The notes: a model not told the origin generated them from the letters alone. A stretch of DNA of 64,000 nucleotides from an uncultured bacterium (GCA_963749495.1 CAVVMW010000005.1:256001-320000); one strand, 5' to 3'. Shown: positions 1 through 12,158, counted from the first letter of the stretch. Program-made: numbers and translations.

Positions 1-842
1 GCTTTTCCCAGGCCCAGCAGGCCGGCCAGGAGGCCAAGTTCGCCGCCGACACCAAGATAGCGGAGGCCCAGCGTGATTATTCGATGAACGTCCAGAACTA
101 CACCGCCTCGGTCAACGAAAAGAAGGCCCAGGCCGACCTCGCCTACGACCTGCAGAAATACAAGACCGGCCAGTTGGTCAAGGCCGAGGAGGTCCAGGTC
201 AACATCATCGAAAAACAGAAGCAGATCGAGCTGCAGGAGCAGGAAATCCGCCGCCGGCAGAAGGAACTGGAGGCCAACGTGCAAAAGCCCGCCGATGCCG
301 AACGCTACCGGGTCGAGACCCTGGCCAATGCCCGCAAGTTCCAGTTGGAAGCCGAGGCCTCCGGCGCCGCCGCGGCCACCAAGGCCACCGGCTTCGCCAA
401 CGCCAACGTCACCAAGGCCACCGGCCTGGCCGAGGCCGAGGCCCAGAAGGCCAGGGGCCTGGCCCAGGCCGACATCATCGAGGCCCAGGGCAAAGCCACC
501 GCCGAGGCAATGCGCGTCAAGGCCGAGTCCTTCAAGCAATACAACGAGGCGGCCGTCGTCGAGATGATTATCCGGGTGCTGCCCGAGGTGGCCGGCAAGA
601 TCAGCGAGCCGCTGGCCAAGACCGAGAAGATGATCATCATCAACTCCGGCACCGGCGTCGGCGGCGGGGCCAGCAAGCTCACCGGCGATGTCACCCAGAT
701 CGTCGCCCAACTGCCGCCGGTCATCGAGAGCCTCACCGGCATCAGCCTTGCGAAGCTCCTCCAGCAGGTGCCCGCCCTCAGAAAAGCGGCAGCCTCGCCC
801 GCCGTGGAAGACCCCAAAGAAGTGAAAGCCAAAGTCGGATAG
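1..842 (+). CDS. Flotillin/SPFH-domain protein, C-terminal part (starts before the window)
   Basis: AEA-rich coiled coil with KPADAERY and EAMRVKAESFKQYNEAAV..LPEVAGKISEPL, typical of the bacterial flotillin C-terminus. Confidence 0.85.
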   Translation, partial: FSQAQQAGQEAKFAADTKIAEAQRDYSMNVQNYTASVNEKKAQADLAYDLQKYKTGQLVKAEEVQVNIIEKQKQIELQEQEIRRRQKELEANVQKPADAERYRVETLANARKFQLEAEASGAAAATKATGFANANVTKATGLAEAEAQKARGLAQADIIEAQGKATAEAMRVKAESFKQYNEAAVVEMIIRVLPEVAGKISEPLAKTEKMIIINSGTGVGGGASKLTGDVTQIVAQLPPVIESLTGISLAKLLQQVPALRKAAASPAVEDPKEVKAKVG

Positions 843-857
843 AACAGAGCAACGCCT

Positions 858-1106
858 ATGCTCGCCATCGTGCCCATGCTCGGATTGTTCGGCCTCTTCG
901 GATTGCTGTCGGCGCTCCTGGTGGCGCCACTGGTCCTGCTGGCCTCCGTGTTCTGGATCTGGATGCTCATCCATGCGATCACCAACCGCAGCCTGGGCGA
1001 TGGCGAGAAGGTTGCCTGGGTGCTCGTCATCCTCTTCCTGCACTTCCTGGGCGCCCTGATCTACTTCTTTCTCGGACGGTCCAAGGAGACCAGCGCCGGC
1101 TTTTAA
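858..1106 (+). CDS. Small membrane protein, PLDc N-terminal-like domain
   Basis: FWIWMLIHAI...KVAWVLVILFLHFLGALIYFF pattern. Confidence 0.75.
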   Translation: MLAIVPMLGLFGLFGLLSALLVAPLVLLASVFWIWMLIHAITNRSLGDGEKVAWVLVILFLHFLGALIYFFLGRSKETSAGF

Positions 1107-1150
1107 CGGCGGCCGGAGGAACCTCCATGAACCGCCGCAAAGCCCGCGAG

Positions 1151-1230
1151 GTTTTGGACTGCGCCAGTCCTCTGGCGCTTTTCGGACGCTGGGAACGGAA
1201 AAGCGGCAGAGGACTGCCGCAGTCCAAAAC
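1151..1230. repeat. REP doublet (REPIN-like palindrome), family A
   Basis: 32-bp inverted arms at 1151-1182 (gttttggactgcgccagtcctctggcgctttt) and 1199-1230, 2 mismatches; intergenic. Confidence 0.85.
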
Positions 1231-1300
1231 GCTGCGCGTCGGGCGACGCCCGTCCGGTGCAAGGTCCCCGTGCGCGAACTCAGAATCGTAGAGGCCTTCC

Positions 1301-2124
1301 ATGCGCCTATTAGAAGCCATCATTGACGCCAATCACCGGGCGCTGGCCGGTGACACCTCGGCGGGAGTACACCCGGCGGACTTCGAGAGCGAGTTGCCGC
1401 TGGTGGCGCTGACGTGCATTGACGTGCGGCTCAACCGTCTGCTGCCGCAGGTGCTGGGCGTGGCCGAGGAGCAATTCATCTGGCTGCGCAACGCGGGCAA
1501 CATCATCACCGGCCCGCTCAGCAGCACCATGCGCTCGCTGGCGCTGGCCTGCGCGCTTAAAGGCGGCAAGAGCATCGCGGTCATTGGGCACACCGACTGC
1601 CAGGTGGGCAAATTCACCACGATGCAGTTGATTGAGCGTTTTGGCGCCCTGGGCATCCATCGCGATCGGCTCCCTGAAAACGTCAACGAGTACTTCGGCA
1701 CGTTCGCCAGCGAGCGCGCCAACATTATCAAGGCCGTCAATTTCATCCGGCGCAGCCCGGTCATCAGCCCCAGGATGGCTGTGCACGGCCTGCTGGTGGA
1801 CATCCAGACGGGCCGGCTCGAGTGGCTGGTCAACGGCTACCAGGCCCTCGAGGCCCTGGGGGCGCAACTGCCGGAGCACGCCGCCCAACCGGGGCCTGTC
1901 GGGACGATTGGCCCCTTCGACCCCTCCGCATTGAAGTTCCCCGAGGTGCAGATCGGCCAAACGTCCTCGCTCGCGGGCGCTTGGCCGGGGAGCCGGATCG
2001 AGCCGCTCCCGCGCCGGACCCTGCGCCGCCCGACCCGCCGCAGCCCCAGCGCCAGCCGCCCCCGAAAATCCCCTTGCCCCCGCTCATCAAGCCCAAGCTG
2101 TATTTCCGCCGGGGGCCGAAGTGA
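1301..2124 (+). CDS. Beta-class carbonic anhydrase; C-terminal tail frameshifted near 1960-2000
   Basis: CIDVRL, RNAGN and HTDC zinc-binding motifs; the Pro-rich tail ending PKLYFRRGPK* is in another frame. Confidence 0.8.
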
Positions 2125-2275
2125 CCGCACGATGCTGGACCTCGGCCGGCGGCACCGGACGCCGGTGGAAGCATCTTCGGACTGGTCAGACTCGTCGGAC
2201 TGGTCAGACGGCGTGGGCCGCGCGTGCTCGGCGGCTTTAGCTTTCAGCGCACAGCCTCCGCCCCCCCGCCTCCGT

Positions 2276-3498
2276 TCACGGCGCCAGCAACTGCTGCACA
2301 GCGATGCCGCGCAACTCGAAGAGCGGCGGATGGCGTCCTCGATCAGGTTGTTGGGACAGGAGGCCCCGGCGGTGATGCCGGCGGTGACGTTGCCCGGAGG
2401 CAGCCAGTTGCGCGTCTCGACCTCCGCGTGCTTGTGCTGGTCGTAGTGGAGGATGAGGCGGTCGGATTTCATCTTGGCGGCGTTCTTGATGAAATAGGTG
2501 GGCAGCTTGGCCTCGCCCATCTCCGCCAGGTGCGAGGTGTTCGAGGAATTATAGCCGCCGATGACCAGGAGCAGGTCCGGCGGCTCGCGCAGGAGCTTCT
2601 CCAGGGCGTCCTGCCGGTCCTGCGTCGCGCCGCAGATGGTGTCGAAGAAACGGAAGTGCTTGTCCAGCGCCTCGGGGCCGAACCGGGCGGTCATCGCCGC
2701 CTTCAAACGGCGCTGGACATCTTCGGTCTCGCCCCGCAGCATCGTGGTCTGGTTGGCCACCCCAATCGCCTGCAGGTGCACATCGGGGTCGAACCCCTCG
2801 GAGTAGGCCCCTTTGAACCGGTCCAGGAACTCCTCCTTCCTGCCGCCATGGACGATGTAATTGCAGACGTAATCGGTCTCCGCCAGGGTGAAGACCACCA
2901 GGTAATGCCCTGCCCCGCTGGCGCGCGCCTGCGAAGTGGTGGCCATCGTCTCCTCGTGCCGCGCCTTGCCGTGGATGATGCTGGTGACCGAGTCCTTGGA
3001 GTACTGGCGCACGCGTTTCCAGACGCTCATCACGTCCCCGCAGGTCGTATCGACAAACAGGCACCCCTTGGCCTCCAGCTTCCGGCGCGTCGAGACCTCC
3101 GTGCCGAAGGCCGGCACAATCACGATGTCCTCGGGCTGCAATTGGTTAATCTCCTCGTCCCGCGGGTGGCCTGAGATGGTGACGATGCCCATCCGGCGCA
3201 ATTGGTCGTTCACCTCCGGGTTATGGATGATCTCCCCCAGCAGAAAGATCCGGCGGCCAGGGTAGGCGCGGCAGGCGGCGTAGGCCAGGTCGATCGCCCG
3301 CTCCACGCCGTAACAGAACCCAAATTCCTTCGCCAGTTTGATCGTCAGGTCCCCGGCCGAGAGGATATGCCCGTTGGCGCGAATCCGCTCGACCAGGTCG
3401 CTCCGGTAATGCGAGAGCACCTGCGCCTGGACCGCCGCCATAATATCCGGGCGGCGCAGGTTCACCTTCTGTGGCACTGTTGGGGCTTCCGTTGACAT
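2276..3498 (-). CDS. ispH: 4-hydroxy-3-methylbut-2-enyl diphosphate reductase; 1-bp indel near 2322
   Basis: FGFCYGVERA, IIHNP, DTTC, NQTT, DTICGATQDRQ, GGYNSSNT and GITAGASCP motifs; restoring one C gives ...AIRRLFELRGIAVQQLLAP* ending at 2276. Confidence 0.93.
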
Positions 3499-3600
3499 GC
3501 GCCACGAACTCTAACACAGCCCCCCGGCGCGTCCAGACCCATTTCATTTCATTTCGTTATTGCGCATCCCCGCCCGTATGGGATATTCAAGCCCCGGCGT

Positions 3601-3677
3601 CGGAGCGTAGCTCAGCCTGGTAGAGCACTTGGTTTGGGACCAAGACGTCGCAGGTTCAAATCCTGTCGCTCCGACCA
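3601..3677 (+). tRNA. tRNA-Pro (anticodon TGG)
   Basis: cggagcgtagctcagcctggtagagcacttggtTTGGGaccaagacgtcgcaggttcaaatcctgtcgctccgaCCA: acceptor stem, D arm, GTTCAAATC T loop, encoded CCA. Confidence 0.97.
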
Positions 3678-3889
3678 CCTTTCCAGCCCCGGAAATCCTT
3701 CGTCTGCCCGCAGCGTTGATGAACTCCGCGCACGCCCAGGATGCGCCGGGACTTGATCATCAGCAAACTCATCTTGAACCAGCGGCATGGAATCCGCGCG
3801 CCCACCGGTTCGGTTCTCCCGGCGCGCGGGCAAAGCCTGGTCTCCGTGCGGGACATAGATCGGTCCTCTCAAGGTTCCGCTGTTCGCCC

Positions 3890-4210
3890 CGAATTGCGGA
3901 TCTTCGCCAGCAGTTCGCCCAACTCCCGGACCTTTTCCGGGCGACTGGCTGCCAGGTCGTTGAATTGATCGGCCATGTCCTCATGAAAAAGGTCGAGACG
4001 TCGCCATCAACAGCTTTGGAGAAATCCCTGCCGGCATTATCACGGGAGCCGGTAGTCCCGAAAGGAGTGCCGCGAATTTGCTGGTCGCCGGCGTTAAACT
4101 CCCCTTCGGCTACGTTGCCCCAGGAACCATTGGGGGCCTGGTACTTGATGAAGCGGTAGAGCACCGGCGTCGCCAGGACTAACTCACTCCAGTTCACGCT
4201 CCTCAGCCGC
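3890..4210 (-). pseudogene. Fused scraps: discoidin/F5-8-like fragment joined out of frame to a sulfatase-like C-terminal helix
   Basis: RFIKYQAPNGSWGNVAE..GTPFGTTGS..KAVDGDVSTFF, then in another frame EDMADQFNDLAASRPEKVRELGELLAKIR. Confidence 0.5.
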
Positions 4211-4845
4211 GCACAATGGGTTCGATGGCGATGAAGTTGATGAGATCGTAACGCTTCTCGGCAAGGACAGGGTAGCCGAGTCGAATCAGGCCCTGCGGTT
4301 CGCCGGTCCGAAACCCTCCCGGCGCCACCGCCCATAGTAAGCCGCCCCGAAGCCCCCAAACCGGCTGGTTGGTGCTCAGTCCTGGGCGAAGTCAATCGGC
4401 CCCGTCGGCAATTAAAGATGCCGCCAGTAAAAGTCCGAAGGTGAACAGGTGATTCATCCTGCGGGCTTTGCTCGCGATCGGCGGCATCGCCTTGAGAGTG
4501 TGTTCGGTCTGAAACTGCGCCACGGCTCGAGGATATGCCAACGCGGCCCGCGACGCCACCTTCTGGCTGGTTGCTCCGGCCGCCGCCGTGAGGCCCGGAG
4601 CCGGATGGCTGCAAGCATCGAGGGTCTTCGGCGTCTCGATGACGAGCCATTGGCTCGCGGATTTCGTGGCGGGAGCGGTCCTCGGAACGGTGGCGGCGGG
4701 GTTTCTTTTCTCTTGCGTTGGCAGGGGATTTCGTGACCATCGAGCCCATGGCGATTCGAGCCGGGAATCCAATTGCGGGTGATGGAGGTCTGGCTTGTCG
4801 CTCTTCCACTCGCATACTCCCACTCAATAACGAGAGGCAAATCCT

Positions 4846-6457
4846 ATGAGTCATTCTGGCATGATAAACCGAAGGAGCGGGCAACGGCTGGCCGGCAGCA
4901 ACCGCAGGGAGTTCCTCAGCAAGGTCACTTTGGCGGCCATTATGGGGGGCAGCCGAGTTTGGCCCGCGGGGCTCGCCCTGGGAGCGCCGTCATCGGAAGA
5001 AAAGCCTGGCGCGGGGACTAAACGCGTGTTCTTCGCCAAGTTCATGCACGAGACCAACACATTCCATCCGCTGAGAACAACCCAATACACGTTTTTCAAT
5101 ACCAACCCCGGGCCGCCGTCAATGTTGGCGGACTGGCAGAGGAACGGTATGACCCCGATACCCGGCCTCGGCGCGGAACCGGACGGCGGGGGAACGGTGG
5201 AGGGCAATGCCTGCCGCGGCGCCGTCGCGCGGATCGTCAAGTCGTTGCGCGAGGCAATGCCGGTCAACGGTGTGTTCTTGCAGCTCCATGGGGCGATGTT
5301 CGCGGAGGGCGTTGGGGCGGGGGAGACGCTGCTGGTCCAGGAAGTCCGGCGTGCGGTCGGTCCACGGACGCCAATTGCCTGCACGTTCGATCTACACGGC
5401 AACATCCCGGCCCGGTTGGCCCAGGCGGGCGACATCCTGGTCGGATTCAAAACCGCGCCGCACACGGATCAGGAAGAGACGGCCCGAACATGCCGGCGCG
5501 CTCCTGCGCGATGCGCTCTACGGCAAGATCAGGCCGGTTTCCCACGTCCTTCCTATCCCGATCATCGTCCAGGGTGAAAAGGCGATGACCACAGCCGAGC
5601 CAGCCCGCTCGCTGGTGGCTGAGGCGCGTCGGCTCGAACAGGAAGGGGTCCCGGGACACAAGGAAAAGATCCTCGCCGTGACGCTTTTCGTCGGGTGTGC
5701 CTGGACCGATTCGCCCGACACCGGGATGTCGGTGGCCGTCACTGCGGACGGGTCGGCCGCGGCCGCCCGGGCCGCGGCCGTGCATCTCGCGCGAAAGGTG
5801 TGGGACGCGCGGCGGCAGTTCGCCTATGGTTGCGCGAGTGCCGAGCTGGCCGACGGGGTCGCCCAGGCGCTGGCAGCCAAAGAGTTGACGGTCTTTCTGA
5901 CCGACAGCGGCGACAATGTGACAGCCAGCGCTCCGGGGGATTTGCCGCTGGTGTTGCGGCACCTGGTGGAACAGAAAGTGCCCGATGCGGTGGTGGCTGA
6001 TCTGTACGACGCGGCAGCCACCCGGCGTTGTTTTGATGCTGGCGAGGGCAAACGCCTCCGGCTCGTAATCGGAGCGACGATTGAAAGACGCCATGGCCCA
6101 CCTTTCGAAGCGGAAGCTGAGGTGGTGCGGCTTGTGCAGGGAAAACCTCGCCTGGCGATCGTCCGCATCGGCGGTGTGCAAGCCATCCTGAGCGAAGAGA
6201 TCGTGTCATTCAGGTCTCCCGAACAATTCCGCGCCTGCGGCCTCGATGCCCTGGCCCACAAGATTGTCGTCGTCAAGCAGGGCTACCTCTATCCCAAGCT
6301 CTCGAAGGTCGCTCCGCGCCACATCATGCTCTTGACCCCCGGCGCGGCGGATATGCGGATCGAAAAACTGCGCTACGTGAGACGGCGCAAGCCTTTGTTT
6401 CCGCTCGAACCGGAAGCGAGCTTCGACCCTGAATCATCCGCTTACGCCCCAGCGTGA
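4846..6457 (+). CDS. M81 (MlrC-like) metallopeptidase with Tat signal; frameshift near 5485
   Basis: RREFL Tat motif; HETNTF, LHGAM, DLHGN, TAPHTD and DSGDN motifs split over ORFs 4846-5577 and 5207-6457. Confidence 0.85.
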
Positions 6458-6478
6458 ACATCGTAGCAGAGCAACACG

Positions 6479-8773
6479 TCATTCCAGAGGAGCTTCCTCG
6501 ATATGTACCGTTTCCTGGAGCGGCGTGCTCCGCGAAGAGCCGCCGACGAAGATGCTGTAATTGCCCGGCAGGGTCTCCCATTGGTCCTTGCCGGCGTTGA
6601 ACACGGACAGGGCTAACGGATCGATCTTTAAGTTGACCGTCTTGGTCTGACCGGGACGCAGCGGAACTTTTTCCCACGCGGCCAGGCGCTTGGGCGGTTC
6701 GCCCGCGTTGTCCGGCAACGCAACATACACCTGCGCAATCTCGTCTCCAGAGACCCGGCCCGTGTTGGTCACCTTGAAGTTCACCTGCACGTTCTTGCCG
6801 GTTGTGGTCTTGAGATTCGTGTACGCATACGTGGTGTAGGAAAGCCCGAAGCCGAATGGCAAGAGCGGTTGCTTCGCTTCGGCATCGAACCATTTGTAGC
6901 CCACCTTGAGCCCTTCGGCGTAGCGGATGTCGAAGGATGACGGGGGCCGCCGCCGCCCCGCGGCGCCTCCAGCGCCCGGCTCCGAAGCCGGGGGTGGGCC
7001 AGGCAGTTGCACCTCCGGCAAATCTGCCTCGCTCCTGGGGAAGGTGACGGGCAGCTTGGCCGACGGGTTCACGTCGCCAAAGAGAACATTGGCGATGGCC
7101 TCGCCGCCGCGAATCCCCGGATACCAGGCCTCGATGGCCGCCGCCGCGCGCTCGATCCAGGGCATCGTCACCGGGCCGCCGGTCTCCAGCACCACGATCG
7201 TGCGCGGGTTGGCGGCAGCGACCTGGGCGACCAATTGGTCCTGATTATCGGGCAGAGACAGGTTCGAGACGTCCCGGCCTTCCGTGGTGTGCTGATGGAG
7301 GAATACAATTGCGATGTCGGAAGCCGAGGCGAGCTTCGCCGCCGCGGCGAGGTCGGCGCCGGTGTCATACTCCACCTTGACATTGGGCGCCTTGGCGCGA
7401 ATGGCTTTGAGCGGCGAGGAGGGGTGCCAGAAGGCGTGCCCATCTGGGACGGCGTTCCCGCCGGCCGGGTCCACCTGGTCCGAGCCTCCACCCGAGAGCA
7501 CGCCGGCATCGGCGTGGGAGCCGATGACAGCGATTGAGGAGACGCCGGCGGTTTTCAGCGGCAACAGCCCATCGGCATTCTTCAGCAGCACAAGGCTCGC
7601 CTCGGCAACGTGCTGGGCCGCCTCGGCGCCCGTGAACGGGTTCACGGGCCTGAGCACGCGAGGTTCGTCCAGCACGCCCAAGGCAAACTCCGTGCGCAGA
7701 ATGCGGTGGACCATGTCGTCCAGGCGCGCCAAAGGCACTTCCCCCTTCTCGACCGCGGCTTTGAGCGCCGCTCCCAGGAACTGGTCTCCCGGCATCTCCT
7801 GATCGAAGCCAGCCAGCGCGGATTGCACCGTGCTGTGGGTGGCTCCCCAATCCGACATGACCCAGCCCTTGAAACCCCAGGTTTTCTTGAGCAACTCGTT
7901 TAGCAAATAAGCGTTCTCGCAAGCAAACTCGCCGTTGACGCGGCTGTAAGCCCCCATCACGGTCCCCACTTCTGATTCCTTGATCGCGATCTCGAATGCC
8001 AGGAGGTCAGTCTCCCGCATGGTTCGCTTGTCCATGACGACGCTGTAAACTGTCCGGCCGGTTTCCTGGTCGTTCAGGGCATAGCGGTTGATGTTGGCGA
8101 CCACCCCCTGGTCCTGGGTAGCCTTCAACTCCTGGGCGATCATCTTGCCGATGAGGATCGGATCTTCGCCGAAGCACTCAAAGTTCCGGCCGTTCCGCGG
8201 GTCGCGGACCAGATTCGCCGTCCCGCCCAGCGAGACATGGAACCCCAAATCGCGGCATTCCTTGCCTAAGAGCGTCCCAAAGTCGCGGGCCAGCTTCAGG
8301 TCCCAAGTGGCGGCCAAAGCGAGTGCCGAAGGCAAAGCGGTGGCGTAGCGGCCGCGCCCCGCGCCGCGGCCAACCCCCGATCTCCCGTCCGTCATCTGGA
8401 TGTCGAGGATGCCCAGGCGCGGGATTCCCGGGGCGAAGCCGGCGCCGCCCAGCCACTGCGCAGGCGCAGGCGGATTGCCTCTCCACACGTCCAGCCCGTG
8501 TACCAGGTTCACCTTCTCATCGAGGGTCATCTGCTCCATCACCAAAGCCGCCCTCCGGTCGGGCGATAGGCTCTTGTCCATCCAAGGGTGCTTGGGCGTT
8601 TTGCCTTGCGCCTGGTCCGGACCTTGGGGAAAGGCCGCAAGGGCACTCGATAGCAGGACCGCTGCCATGACTGTTCTCCCCAGCAGGCCCCGGACCATGC
8701 GGTGCGCGTGACGTGGCTTCATTCTCCTCCGGTTCGAGGCTGTATTGGGCGAAGTCGAGATTGAATTTGACAT
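6479..8773 (-). CDS. GH3 beta-glucosidase, secreted
   Basis: MTLDEK, RNGRNFECFGEDP, WVMSDWGA, LLKN, C-terminal Fn3-like FGFGLSYT. Confidence 0.92.
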   Translation of the reverse strand: MSNSISTSPNTASNRRRMKPRHAHRMVRGLLGRTVMAAVLLSSALAAFPQGPDQAQGKTPKHPWMDKSLSPDRRAALVMEQMTLDEKVNLVHGLDVWRGNPPAPAQWLGGAGFAPGIPRLGILDIQMTDGRSGVGRGAGRGRYATALPSALALAATWDLKLARDFGTLLGKECRDLGFHVSLGGTANLVRDPRNGRNFECFGEDPILIGKMIAQELKATQDQGVVANINRYALNDQETGRTVYSVVMDKRTMRETDLLAFEIAIKESEVGTVMGAYSRVNGEFACENAYLLNELLKKTWGFKGWVMSDWGATHSTVQSALAGFDQEMPGDQFLGAALKAAVEKGEVPLARLDDMVHRILRTEFALGVLDEPRVLRPVNPFTGAEAAQHVAEASLVLLKNADGLLPLKTAGVSSIAVIGSHADAGVLSGGGSDQVDPAGGNAVPDGHAFWHPSSPLKAIRAKAPNVKVEYDTGADLAAAAKLASASDIAIVFLHQHTTEGRDVSNLSLPDNQDQLVAQVAAANPRTIVVLETGGPVTMPWIERAAAAIEAWYPGIRGGEAIANVLFGDVNPSAKLPVTFPRSEADLPEVQLPGPPPASEPGAGGAAGRRRPPSSFDIRYAEGLKVGYKWFDAEAKQPLLPFGFGLSYTTYAYTNLKTTTGKNVQVNFKVTNTGRVSGDEIAQVYVALPDNAGEPPKRLAAWEKVPLRPGQTKTVNLKIDPLALSVFNAGKDQWETLPGNYSIFVGGSSRSTPLQETVHIEEAPLE

Positions 8774-8897
8774 GGCCTGATTCTAATAAGGCGCCCAAAC
8801 TGGTGTAAAGCCGCCGCTTGCAGAGACCTGTAGCGGCTCACGGTTTCCGCCCCCACCACCCGACAACGGCATTGCACTGGTCCTTCCTGGTATCGCC

Positions 8898-10480
8898 TCA
8901 CTCCACCACCAGCAGGTCCGTCACCTCGCCCATGGGCATGGTCACCTCAAAGCCGCGTTGATCCTGCGCCTTGAACTTCAGCTCTCCCGTTCGCAATGAC
9001 CGCACTTTGCTCACCGGCACCGGCGAGCGGAACTGCACCACCATGTTGTCTGCCAGCTCGCCGCTGAAATTGGCCAACAGCACCACGCCCTTCTGCTGTG
9101 TCCACAGCGGCCAGGCAAGAATCTGGCTGACCGATGTGCTCGCCGGCGGTTGCGCGCCGGCCTGCAATGCGAACGCGGTAATCGCCTCCCGCCGCTGATC
9201 GGCAGGAAACACGATCGCCTTTGCCAGCTTTCCCTCGACCTCGCGCGCGCCGTCCATGTAATCCTTCCCAACCGTGCGCGGCGCAACGCACATCAACCCG
9301 GCCCCGTGGGCAGTCTGATACAACTCCGTCGCGGGACCCTGGCGCGTGATGGTTGTCTGGCGCGCGAAGATAGGCCGGCGCCAGTCGTCCACTTTGATCG
9401 GCTCGCCCCATCCCTTGAGGTCCCCTGCTGGTTTCCACGCGCGGGACTGCGCGCCGAGCATCGGGTTCCAGATCTCCGTCGGCGTGTTGTACTCATCGCG
9501 CAGCCCAGCCCACCCGCTGCACCAGAGCCGCCCGCCCGAGCGCACCCACTGCTCGAGCGCTACGGCCGCCGCGGCCGGCACCGACTCGTTGACCACGTAA
9601 CAACACCTGTAGCCCCGCGCCGCGAAGCGCCCGTCCGCGATTTCCTCGTCCGAGACGATGTCCACCGGCAACCCCGCGTGCAGCAGGGCCAGATAGACCA
9701 TCATCTGCTCGCACTGCTCGGTGTCGTCCTCTTTCCACACCGGCCAGCTTCGCGAATACAACAGCGCAACCTGCGCTCGCGGCGCCCGGCCATCGGCCAG
9801 AAGGTCGTCCACCTGCCCCAGATCGCGGGTCAACTCGCCCACGCCCTGAACCATGGGGAGGTTGTCCGCCCAGTCATCGAAGAAGGTGTAAGCCGGGCCA
9901 TAGTAGTAGAAGTCGAAGATCTTCGCCTCGCGCGCCAGGCACGCAAACGTCCGCAGCTTGACCGCCGTCCGATTCGCGTCGCGCGTGATGTAGCAGCCCA
10001 GCGGCGGCTCGGCTGGCCGGGCCGCTGCGCGCGACCAGTCCATCAGCAGCGTGTTCAGCTCCATCGGCACCCGGGGATTCCCGTTGCCGCACCAGTCTTC
10101 GTTGAAGCCGAGCGACACGCCGCGCAGCTTCCCGAATTCAAACGCGTCGATCCCCCGCGGCAGTGTCCCATAGTCATACCACCAGGGCGGCCCGAAATTC
10201 ACCCGCGTGCCCACGCCAGGCGCGAGCTTCTCCACTTCCCGCGTGGCCAGCGCGTAGAGCCGCGCGGTCGAGTGATTCCAGAAGACGGAGGACCAGTAGA
10301 AGAGTCGGCGGGAGTGGAGGGTTGCGGGGCGATTCTCGAGGGTCGTTTTTCCGGCCACCTGGTCGCGTATCTTGAAGAACTCGCGCCAGTTCAGCCGCGG
10401 CGCAGCGACCTCGTCCCATGACTGGCGGCCGAAAAACTCCGGCGCAAGTCCGCGCTGCCGCAGGAACGAGTCTGAAGCGT
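8898..10480 (-). pseudogene. N-terminally truncated GH42-like glycoside hydrolase with trimerisation-type domain
   Basis: AQVALLYSRS...YLALLHAGLPVDIVSDEE...LEQWVRSGG; no credible start codon or signal peptide. Confidence 0.55.
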
Positions 10481-10557
10481 GCTGGCGCAGGCGCCTTGAA
10501 GATGCGATGCCATGTACGGTTTTCTCGACTGTTTCCTTCACTTTAGCGTTTAGCCTT

Positions 10558-12158
10558 TCACTTCGTCGGCGTCGCCTCCAGTACCACGACCTCAAACGGC
10601 TGGAGCTTGATCCTTGCGCCGCTCCCGGCGGCCACAGTTATGGCCGGCTTGTGCGCGTCTTCGGCCCAGGCGCTCTTTAGCTTAAATCCCGTGCGCGCGC
10701 CGGGCGGCAGCTCAAAAACCACCTCCGGGTCCATTACAAACTCCTGGGGCCGCTCGTCGGGGTTTCGCAGCATCACTATCCCTTTGCGCGGCCTCCACGA
10801 AGCGTAACCGTACACCTCGAGCTTGGAAGGGTTGCCGCCAAGCCAATGCGTATCCAATTGACATAAAGGCCGGGGTCTTTCTGGCGCAACTCGAGCATGA
10901 GCTGGCGCATGGCTTGGGTGTCCCGGGAATAATCGGCGCCGCCGCTGGCGTACATGCCGGCGGCGATCCCATCGAACTTGAAGTGATTGACGCCGTATTT
11001 CCGGATCATCCCCACGCAGGCGTTCTTGAAGGCTGCGTAATACTTCGGCCCGGCCAGGGAGAAGCCGGCGGCATTGGTTTCGTAGCCTTGCGCAGAGCCG
11101 AACCTCAGCCGCTGCTCTTTGGGTTGGCCGTAGCCCCCGAAAGGCGAGAGCCAGACGCCCAGCCGCGTGTGGTATTGACCGCACCTCTCGGCCAGGGGGG
11201 TGAAACCGCGCGGAAAACCGCGATGAAACTGCCAAAGCGTCCTGGGATCGTCCCAACCGTCGTCGAACACGATGGCGTCCATCTTCACGCGATGCGGCTT
11301 GAGGAACCGCTCGCCCAGAAGCTCTATGGCCTCCAGGCAGTTGGTTTGGTTCAGGGCAAACGGTTCCCAGGCGATGTCGTACCACGAATTGTAATGCAAA
11401 AAAGGGCGGTAGGGATGGGCGCGCTCCCGTTCGAGATAATAAAGGAACGCGCGCCGCATCTGCCCCGGGGACGCCACGCCCAGGACGAAACTCTGGCGTT
11501 CCCCACGGGAGAGCGGCGCATCCCGGCGCAGCCGGCAACCCGACCGCGCATGGGGGTCCTCCAGCCCGTAGAAAAAGTTGCCCGCCACAACCGGGGAGCC
11601 GTCAACCTGCCCCGCCTCTTCACTGCCGGGAATCGGTTGCGCCAGCCAACCCATTTCCTTCACTGCCCGATTCGCGTCGCCGACCGTCACCTCGATCTCC
11701 TGCCGAAAGTAATTCGCGTTATCCAATGCCAACGCTCGCCAGGTCACGCCGAATTGCCCATCGGCCGAGAGCAACGGCAGCTCCACCTGCCAGCCCCGGC
11801 ACCACGCCGCAAGCCGCGCAGCCTTGCTATCCGGCCTAAACCGGCTCACCCGTGGCTTCCCTTGTGGCGCCAGGCCCGACGCTGCGTAACGGCGCCCGTC
11901 CGCGAACGTGACCTCAAAGAGCTCGCCGGTGAAACTCAGGCTCTGGTTCTGGCCGAGGGCGGCAACCGATACCAGCTTTATCCCTTCGTCCGTCGTCACC
12001 CACGATGCTTTCAAGAGCCGGTTGCCCGCCGAGATGGTCCGCCCCTGGCACTCGATCCTCGCCGGGCCGGGGGCTTGGCCTGGCAAACCCTCCAGCCCAA
12101 ACGTGCCGGCATCGGCAGGAAGGCAAGTGAACATCAATGCGCTTGCGATTAGGGCCAT
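10558..12158 (-). pseudogene. Alpha-galactosidase-like TIM-barrel protein ('enterotoxin' family) with internal deletion and frame change near 10855
   Basis: FLHYNSWYD, DDGWDD and FKFDG motifs; jumps from PGLYVN to the C-terminal DTHWLGGNP..VYGYASW in another frame. Confidence 0.65.

Noticed and set aside
2177..2209. tcggactggtcagac direct repeat between convergent genes
   Set aside because: Only two copies; no function can be supported.
1837..2446. Apparent 600-bp overlap of the ispH and carbonic anhydrase ORFs
   Set aside because: Artefact of frameshifts in both 3' ends; the repaired genes end at 2124 and 2276.
3629..4884. ORFs overlapping or following the tRNA (176 aa, 371 aa)
   Set aside because: One overlaps the tRNA and the other is a read-through of unrelated scraps; neither is a coherent gene.
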